32,000 nucleotides of DNA. It comes from Gemmata obscuriglobus (lineage in GTDB: Bacteria; Planctomycetota; Planctomycetia; Gemmatales; Gemmataceae). The notes below the pieces were generated by a model. It did not search any database, was not told where the DNA came from, and worked only from the letters and a program-made list of their open reading frames with translations. The first letter of the stretch is position 1. Each line of letters starts with the position of its first letter. The position numbers and the translations under genes are program-made. The stretch is from contig NZ_CP042911.1 in the NCBI RefSeq assembly GCF_008065095.1, positions 6,840,001 to 6,872,000 on the forward strand, written 5' to 3'. Positions 26,134 to 32,000 of this stretch are shown here, in pieces.

Positions 26134-28086
26134 ATGGCCCGACTCGCTCCCCAGCCCGGCTCGTCGAACAACGGTCACGTCAACGGCCACGCCAGCGGTC
26201 ACAACCGGTTCGCCGAGCCGGACGCCCTGCGCCAGCGCGAGAGCGCCCGCGACCGCGCCAAGGAGAAGGCCAGCGCCCGCACCGCGGCCAAGCGCCAGCA
26301 GGCGGCCGAGCGGATCGCCACCGCCACCGAGCAGCTCACCGGGGGCGTGACCGAGGCCAACGCCGCGGTCGCGCAGCTCGAGCGGCAGATGGAGCAGATC
26401 GCCAGCGGGGCGGTCGAGTCCTCGAAGGCGGCCGAGAGCAGCCTCGCGGCCATTGAGGAAATCAACGCGGCCAGCACCCAGGCGGTCGCCGCCGCACAAC
26501 AGTCGTTGCGGAAGGTGACGAACATCCAGGAACTGGTCCGGGGCGCCAGCGGCGACATCGACCTGCTGATCCAAGGGGTCGGCGCGTCCGCGCAGGCCAA
26601 CATGGAGTCGGCGAAGCTGGTCGGGCAGCTCGAGCAGCAGAGCAACGAGATCGGAACGATCGTGGAAGCGGTGGTGCGGATCGCCGACCAGACCAACCTG
26701 CTGGCGCTGAACGCGGCCATCGAGGCGGCCCGCGCCGGGCAGCACGGTAAGGGGTTCGCCGTGGTCGCCGACGAGGTCCGCAACCTCGCCGAGACGAGCG
26801 AGCGGTCGGCCCGCAACATCCGCGACCTGGTGGAGAAGATCCAGACCGACGTGAAGCTGGTGGTGGCGGACGTGGAGAAGGCCGGCAAGGCCGCGTCGGA
26901 CGAGGTGGAGAAGGCCAAGAAGGTGACCGCCGACCTGAAGCGCGTCGCGACCGACACCGCCGAAATCCAGAAGGCGTGCGCCTCCATCAATGACGCCGCG
27001 AAGGAAGCGGCCACCGGGGCCGAGCAGTTCCAGCAGGGCGCGCAGGCCGTGGCCAGCGCCTCGGAAGAGTCCAGCGCGGCGGCCGAGGAGGCCAGCAAGG
27101 CGGTGCGCGAGCAGGGCAAGGCGCTGGAGGAGATGGGCAAGGGCGCGGACGAGCTGAGCACCATGGCCGAGGACCTGAAGACCTCGACCAACTCGGAGAA
27201 GTCGTCCGAGGAACTGGCCGCCGCCTCCGAGGAGCTGTCGGCCACCATCCAAGAGGCGAACGCGGCCGCGACCCAGATCACGGCCGCGATCACACAGATC
27301 GCCAAGGGCGCCCAGACCCAGGCCGCGGCCACGACGCAGTCGAGCACCGCGGCGAAGCAGATCGAGGCCGCGGCCCGCGCGATGCAGCACAAGGCCACCG
27401 ACTCGGTGGAGCGGGCCGACACGCTCATGAACTTGCTCACAGAAAACAAGGCCGGCGTCGAGGCCATGATCCGCGGGATCAACCACGCCGCCGAGGCGTC
27501 GATCAAGTCGGCCACCAACATCAAGGCGCTCGAGGAGCGCACCCGGATGATCGACAAGATCGTGGACGCGATCGTCAACGTCACCATCCAGACCAACCTG
27601 CTGGCGGTGAACGGCGGGATCGAGGCCGCGCGGGCCGGCGAGTACGGGCGCGGGTTCGCGGTGGTCGCGGCCGACGTCCGCAACCTGGCGGGCGAGTCCA
27701 GCGAGAACGCCGACAAGATCAAGGACCTGGTGCGCAACATCCAGAAGCAGATCGTCACCGTGGCCAGCGACATTGAGGCGTCCGGAAAGGAGGCGGCGGC
27801 CGAGGTGCTCAAGGCGAAGAAGACGACCGCCGACCTGGAGCGCATCTCCACCGACTTCGACGAAGTGCGGCGCGGGGTGATCGAGGTGAAGACCGGGCAG
27901 GACCAGGCGCTCCTGGCCATCCAGACGGCGGCCGCGGCGGTGCAGCAGATCGCGCGGGCCGCGCAGGAGGCGAGCGAGGTGTCCATACAGGCGGCGGCCG
28001 CGGCGCAGCAGGGCGCGAAGGGGATGCACGAGCTGGCGGCCGCGGTCGAGGAGATCTCGGCCCTGGCGGACGAGCTGCAGAACTAA
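26134..28086 (+). CDS. Soluble chemoreceptor with two complete MCP signalling (MA) domains (DosM-like)
   Basis: ATG 26134 follows GGAGA; 650 aa. There are two hairpin tips, [32 protein letters not shown] (tip codons from 26719) and [32 protein letters not shown] (from 27619), exactly 900 nt apart. The whole protein is Ala/Glu/Gln-rich coiled coil with no hydrophobic segment. Confidence 0.85.
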   Translation: MARLAPQPGSSNNGHVNGHASGHNRFAEPDALRQRESARDRAKEKASARTAAKRQQAAERIATATEQLTGGVTEANAAVAQLERQMEQIASGAVESSKAAESSLAAIEEINAASTQAVAAAQQSLRKVTNIQELVRGASGDIDLLIQGVGASAQANMESAKLVGQLEQQSNEIGTIVEAVVRIADQTNLLALNAAIEAARAGQHGKGFAVVADEVRNLAETSERSARNIRDLVEKIQTDVKLVVADVEKAGKAASDEVEKAKKVTADLKRVATDTAEIQKACASINDAAKEAATGAEQFQQGAQAVASASEESSAAAEEASKAVREQGKALEEMGKGADELSTMAEDLKTSTNSEKSSEELAAASEELSATIQEANAAATQITAAITQIAKGAQTQAAATTQSSTAAKQIEAAARAMQHKATDSVERADTLMNLLTENKAGVEAMIRGINHAAEASIKSATNIKALEERTRMIDKIVDAIVNVTIQTNLLAVNGGIEAARAGEYGRGFAVVAADVRNLAGESSENADKIKDLVRNIQKQIVTVASDIEASGKEAAAEVLKAKKTTADLERISTDFDEVRRGVIEVKTGQDQALLAIQTAAAAVQQIARAAQEASEVSIQAAAAAQQGAKGMHELAAAVEEISALADELQN

Positions 28087-28110
28087 CCCACACCGCGAAG
28101 GAGCCAACAC

Positions 28111-29970
28111 ATGTCGGACAACACTCCCGCCGGCGCCGGGGGCGGCGGCGACCACGAGCTGGTCACCTGCGTGCTGGGCGGGGTCGAGTTCGGGATCGAC
28201 ATCAACGCGGTGCAGGAGATCGTGCGGCTGCCCAAGATCACGCCGGTGCCCCGCGCGCCGAGTTACGTCGAGGGCGTCGCGAACCTCCGCGGCAACGTGC
28301 TCCCCATCGTGAACTCGCGCGCCCGGTTCGGGATGCCCGGGGCCGGGAACGGGGACAGCAACCGCGTCGTGGTGGTCGAGCTGAACGGGGCCCCCACGGG
28401 GCTGATCGTGGACGCGGTCCGCGAGGTCATGCGGGTCAAGCGGGCGGACGTGGAAGACGCGCCGGCCGCGGTGCAGAGCGTGGACGGCCGGTTCCTCCGC
28501 GGCGTCGTCAAGCTGAACGGCGGGCAGCGGCTCGTCCTGCTGCTGGACCACAGCGCGATCATGGAGGCGGCCCGGCCCGCGGGGCGGCCGGGCGCCGCCG
28601 GGCCGACGCCCGGCGGCGACCCGGCCGCGTCCGGGGCCGCGCTCCGTGCCGCCCCCCCGACCCCGGAGCACGAGCACCTGGTCACGTTCCGCATCGGCGA
28701 GGAGGAGTACGGCGTCCCGATCATGGACGTGCAGGAGATCATCCGCGTCCCGAACATCAGCACGATCCCGAACGCCCCGGCCGGGGTGGTCGGGATCGCC
28801 AGCCTGCGGAACCGCATCCTCCCGGTGCTCGACCTGCGCACCAAGTTCGAGTTCCGCCCGCGGAAAGCGGAACTCGAGGAGTTCTGCGACAAGGTGCGGG
28901 CCTTCGAGCGGCTCTACACCGCGGCCGTCGAGCGGCTCCAGGCCGCGGTCGCGGGCCGCGGCGCGTTCGACCGCGCGCTGCTCCGCGGGCACCGCGACTT
29001 CTGCCGCTGGCAGGCCGGGTTCGCGAGCGGCGACCGGCTGCTGCACGCGCTCCTGGCCCCCCTCCGCGACGCGTTCGACGCGGGCGCGGCCGGGAAGCGG
29101 GCCGTCGCGGCCCACCTCGACGCCCGGAACTTCGCCGCGGCCCAACAGGAGTTCGACGGCCCGTTCCAGGTCGCGCACGCCCGGCTGCTGGCCGCGTTCG
29201 AGAAGCTGTACACCGGGGTCACCAGGCGGGACGACGAGCGGTGCCTCGTGGCCACCGTGAACGGCGCGGCCCTCGCCCTGCGGGTGGACGCGGTGAACCA
29301 AGTGCTTCAGGCGCCACGCGGCACGATCGAGCCGACGCCGGCGCTCGTGGCGGGGCGCGAGCAGCTCCGCGGGATCGCCAAGCTGGACGGCGGCAAGCGG
29401 CTCATCATGCTGCTCGCCGCGGACAAACTCGTTTCCCACGCGGAGCTGAGCGCCGTGACCAACCTGACCGACCGCAGCGAGGGCGCGGGCCGCGGGCCGG
29501 GCGCCGGGGGCGAGTCCGACGAGCGGCAGCTGGTGACGTTCAAGGTCGCCGGCGAGGAGTTCGCGGTGGACATCATGCAGGTGCAGGAGATCATCCGGCT
29601 GGGCAAGGTGACCAAGGTGCCGCACCTCCCCGATTTCGTCGAGGGGGTGGTGAACCTGCGCGGGCAGGTGCTGCCCGTCATCGACCTGCGGCGCCGGGTG
29701 CACCTGGCCCGCAAGGACTACTCGGACGCGACCCGCGTGGTCGTCGTGGACCTGCGGGGCACGAAGACCGGGATCATCGTGGACGCGGTGTCCGAGGTGA
29801 TGCGGGTCCGCGGCCGGGACATCGAGCCGGCCCCGCCCATCATCCGCAGCCGGTACGGGGATCACATCATCGAGGGCGTCGGCAAGCTCAACAAGGGGGA
29901 CCGGATGTTCCTGCTGTTGCGCGCCGACGAGTTGCTCAAGGTCGAGAGCGTGCCGGCCGCGTCGGCGTAA
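28111..29970 (+). CDS. cheW: Triple-CheW-domain scaffold protein, with the second CheW domain split by a ~125-aa helical insert
   Basis: AAGGAG lies 7 nt upstream of ATG 28111. Three CheW signatures are present: LVTCVLGGVEFGIDINAVQEIVRLPKITPVPRAP..VEGVANLRGNVLPIV; LVTFRIGEEEYGVPIMDVQEIIRVPNISTIPNAP..VGIASLRNRILPVLDL; and LVTFKVAGEEFAVDIMQVQEIIRLGKVTKVPHLP..VEGVVNLRGQVLPVIDL. Domain 2 resumes (CLVATVNGAALALRVDAVNQV) only after the insert at ~28855-29235. Confidence 0.85.
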   Translation: MSDNTPAGAGGGGDHELVTCVLGGVEFGIDINAVQEIVRLPKITPVPRAPSYVEGVANLRGNVLPIVNSRARFGMPGAGNGDSNRVVVVELNGAPTGLIVDAVREVMRVKRADVEDAPAAVQSVDGRFLRGVVKLNGGQRLVLLLDHSAIMEAARPAGRPGAAGPTPGGDPAASGAALRAAPPTPEHEHLVTFRIGEEEYGVPIMDVQEIIRVPNISTIPNAPAGVVGIASLRNRILPVLDLRTKFEFRPRKAELEEFCDKVRAFERLYTAAVERLQAAVAGRGAFDRALLRGHRDFCRWQAGFASGDRLLHALLAPLRDAFDAGAAGKRAVAAHLDARNFAAAQQEFDGPFQVAHARLLAAFEKLYTGVTRRDDERCLVATVNGAALALRVDAVNQVLQAPRGTIEPTPALVAGREQLRGIAKLDGGKRLIMLLAADKLVSHAELSAVTNLTDRSEGAGRGPGAGGESDERQLVTFKVAGEEFAVDIMQVQEIIRLGKVTKVPHLPDFVEGVVNLRGQVLPVIDLRRRVHLARKDYSDATRVVVVDLRGTKTGIIVDAVSEVMRVRGRDIEPAPPIIRSRYGDHIIEGVGKLNKGDRMFLLLRADELLKVESVPAASA

Positions 29971-30027
29971 CTCCGTCGCGGGCCGGGCCCGGCCCGCCCT
30001 ACCACCGATCCCAGACAGGCGCAACCC

Positions 30028-31128
30028 ATGCCACTGCCCCGCGCGACTCGCCCGATCCGCGTCGTCCTGGCGGACGACTCCGCGCTCATGCGCAAGAAGC
30101 TCCGCGAGATCCTCGAGTCCGACCCGGCTCTTGAAGTGGTCGCCAGCGCGCGCGACGGCGCCGCCGCGGTCGACGCGGTGCGCGCGTTCGATCCGGACGT
30201 GGTCACGCTCGACATCAACATGCCGGTCATGGACGGCGTGACCGCGCTCCAGACGATCATGAACGAGCTCCCGCGCCCGGTGCTCATGATCAGCTCGCTG
30301 ACGCAAGAGGGGGCGCTGGCGACCTACGAGTGCCTCGAGCTGGGCGCGGTGGACGTCGTGCCCAAACTCGGGGGGACCATTTCCGCAGAAATCGAGCGCC
30401 AGAGCCGCGAGATCATCGCGAAGGTAAAGGCCGCCGCCGGCGCGCGGGTGCGGCGGTCCGGGGCGAAGCGGCTCGCCCCCCAACCCCCGCCCCCGAAGCC
30501 CGCCCCCGCCCCGCCCGCGCGCGCCGGGGGGGCCGGGGCGCACGCGGATCGGGTCGTCGCCATCGGCGTCTCGACCGGCGGACCGAAGACGCTCCAGGAG
30601 GTGGTGCCGCTGCTCCCGCCGGACCTGCCCGCGGCGGTGGTGATCGTCCAGCACATGCCCGAGACGTTCACCGCGTCGTTCGCCCGGAGCCTCGGCCGCA
30701 ACAGCCAGATGCCGGTGAAGGAGGCCGAGGCCGGTGACACCCTCCGGAACGGCCACGTCTACGTGGCCCGCGGCGGGAAGCACCTGATCTTCGCCGACCG
30801 GCGGCCGGCGAACGGGGTGATGGTGCGGTACGTCAGCCAGCCGGCGGACGCGCTACACATCCCTTCGGTGGACGTGATGATGCACTCGGCGGTCGACGTG
30901 TTCCGCTCGCAGGTCGTCGGCGTCCTGCTCACCGGGATGGGGAGCGACGGGGCCGACGGGATGGTGGCGATCCGCCGCGCGGGGGGCGAGACCATTGCCG
31001 AGGACGAGAGCACCTGTGTCGTGTTCGGGATGCCGGCCGTGGCGGCCGCGAAGGGGGGCGCGGCCCACGTGCTGCCGTGCCACGAGGTGGCCGCGAAAGT
31101 CGTGTCGTTGTTGCGCCGCAGCCGCTGA
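30028..31128 (+). CDS. cheB: Chemotaxis response regulator protein-glutamate methylesterase
   Basis: The REC domain has VVLADDS and VVTLDINMPVMDG. A Pro-rich linker follows. The methylesterase catalytic motifs are GVSTGGP, VQHMP and GMGSDG. Confidence 0.9.
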   Translation: MPLPRATRPIRVVLADDSALMRKKLREILESDPALEVVASARDGAAAVDAVRAFDPDVVTLDINMPVMDGVTALQTIMNELPRPVLMISSLTQEGALATYECLELGAVDVVPKLGGTISAEIERQSREIIAKVKAAAGARVRRSGAKRLAPQPPPPKPAPAPPARAGGAGAHADRVVAIGVSTGGPKTLQEVVPLLPPDLPAAVVIVQHMPETFTASFARSLGRNSQMPVKEAEAGDTLRNGHVYVARGGKHLIFADRRPANGVMVRYVSQPADALHIPSVDVMMHSAVDVFRSQVVGVLLTGMGSDGADGMVAIRRAGGETIAEDESTCVVFGMPAVAAAKGGAAHVLPCHEVAAKVVSLLRRSR

Positions 31129-31140
31129 CTTGGAAAATCA

Positions 31141-32000
31141 ATGGACCTTCCGCCGGAAGAGTTCGCCCTGATCCGCGACCTGATCTACGCCCGCACCGGG
31201 CTGATGTTCGAGGACAAAAAGCGCTTGTTCCTGGCGCCCCGCGTGTCGCGCCGGGTGCGGGCCGCCCGGTGCAGCGGCCCGCGCGACTACTACCACCTGC
31301 TCCGGTACAGCGACCCCGACGGGCGCGAGTTCCAGGAGCTGGTGGACGAGGTGACCACCAACGAGACGTACTTCTTCCGCGACTACCCGCAGCTCGAGTT
31401 CTTCGCCAACGAGGTGCTGCCGCGGGTCGCGGACGCCAAGCGCGCCGCCCGCGACCACAGCCTGAACGTCTGGAGCGCGTGCTGCTCGACCGGCGACGAG
31501 CCGTACACGCTGGCCATCATTCTGGCCGCGTGCCTGGACGACTTCTCCCGGTGGGATGTCAAACTGGTGGGCACCGACATCGACACCAAGGTGCTCGCGA
31601 CCGCCCGCGCCGCGGTGTACGGCGAGCGGAACGTGAAGGACGTGGACCCGTCCTACCTCGGCAGGTACTTCGTCCCGACGCGCGGCGGGTACCGGGTCGC
31701 GGACCCGATCCGCCGGATGGTCGCGTTCGAGCGGGTGAACCTCGTGGACGACGACCGCATGAGCCGGCAGCGCGGGTTCGATTTTATCTTCTGCCGGAAC
31801 GCGCTCATTTACTTCGACGACGCCTCCCGGAAGCGGGTGCTGGCGTCGTTCCACGACGCCCTGCGGCCGGGCGGGTTCGTGTTCCTCGGCCACTCGGAAT
31901 CGGTGGGCCGGATCTCGCGGGCGTTCGAGCCGGTGCAGTTCGGCCCCGGCGGGGTGGCGTACCGCAAGCCCGGCGGGCACCGGCTCGCGGCGGCCCCCAC
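31141..32000 (+). CDS. cheR: Chemotaxis protein methyltransferase CheR (3' end beyond the window)
   Basis: This ORF is not in the supplied track because it has no stop in the window. My own translation from ATG 31141 reads MDLPPEEFALIRDLIYARTGLMFEDKKRLFL...TTNETYFFRD...NVWSACCSTGDEPYTLAI...FIFCRNALIYFD...GGFVFLGHSES. The frame is open to the last base. Confidence 0.85.
   Translation, partial: MDLPPEEFALIRDLIYARTGLMFEDKKRLFLAPRVSRRVRAARCSGPRDYYHLLRYSDPDGREFQELVDEVTTNETYFFRDYPQLEFFANEVLPRVADAKRAARDHSLNVWSACCSTGDEPYTLAIILAACLDDFSRWDVKLVGTDIDTKVLATARAAVYGERNVKDVDPSYLGRYFVPTRGGYRVADPIRRMVAFERVNLVDDDRMSRQRGFDFIFCRNALIYFDDASRKRVLASFHDALRPGGFVFLGHSESVGRISRAFEPVQFGPGGVAYRKPGGHRLAAAP

Noticed and set aside
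26119-30783. 1554-aa minus-strand ORF spanning the MCP, cheW and cheB region
   Set aside because: It is antisense to three genes that have unambiguous domain signatures and SD-ATG starts. Its composition is low-complexity (R/G/L/D/H).
31138-31980. 280-aa minus-strand ORF
   Set aside because: It is the antisense shadow of cheR.

Overview
This is a high-G+C bacterial chromosome segment. Its gene content points to Planctomycetota, probably Gemmataceae-like, though this is inference with no database search. The supporting genes are a Sig-70_X6-like ECF sigma next to a membrane Ser/Thr kinase with KLC-type TPRs, a PEP-CTERM protein, and a giant beta-helix protein with an N-terminal LEDR motif. 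Many long ORFs in the supplied track are antisense or out-of-frame shadows typical of high G+C. Layout: (1) 46-7073, minus strand, holds ion and redox housekeeping genes: a Kef-type antiporter carrying RCK, CBS and EIIA(Ntr)-like domains, an SthA-like transhydrogenase, an NhaP-type antiporter split by a 1-nt frameshift, and a PEP-CTERM protein. A 725-bp lower-G+C spacer (2701-3425) contains three REP-like palindromes and an 86-nt near-perfect hairpin. (2) 7528-8658 encodes a WD40-like beta-propeller protein. (3) 8835-12743, minus strand, holds the ECF sigma and the TPR Ser/Thr kinase, divergent from (4). (4) 12894-22736 is a 3280-aa modular surface protein. It has five beta-helix / choice-of-anchor-Q-like modules, MBG domains, nine YDG domains, an Ig-like domain and RTX repeats, with very recent internal DNA duplications and poly-G tracts. 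(5) 23190-32000 is the most interesting part, a chemosensory locus made of two divergent operons. One encodes a STAS protein, a short soluble MCP, CheY and an Hpt-only CheA N-terminal fragment. The other encodes a soluble DosM-like receptor with two signalling domains, a single protein with three CheW domains (one interrupted by a helical insert), CheB and CheR. cheR runs off the window and is missing from the ORF track. No receptor has a transmembrane segment and no CheA kinase core is visible, which suggests a cytoplasmic-array system with a split kinase.
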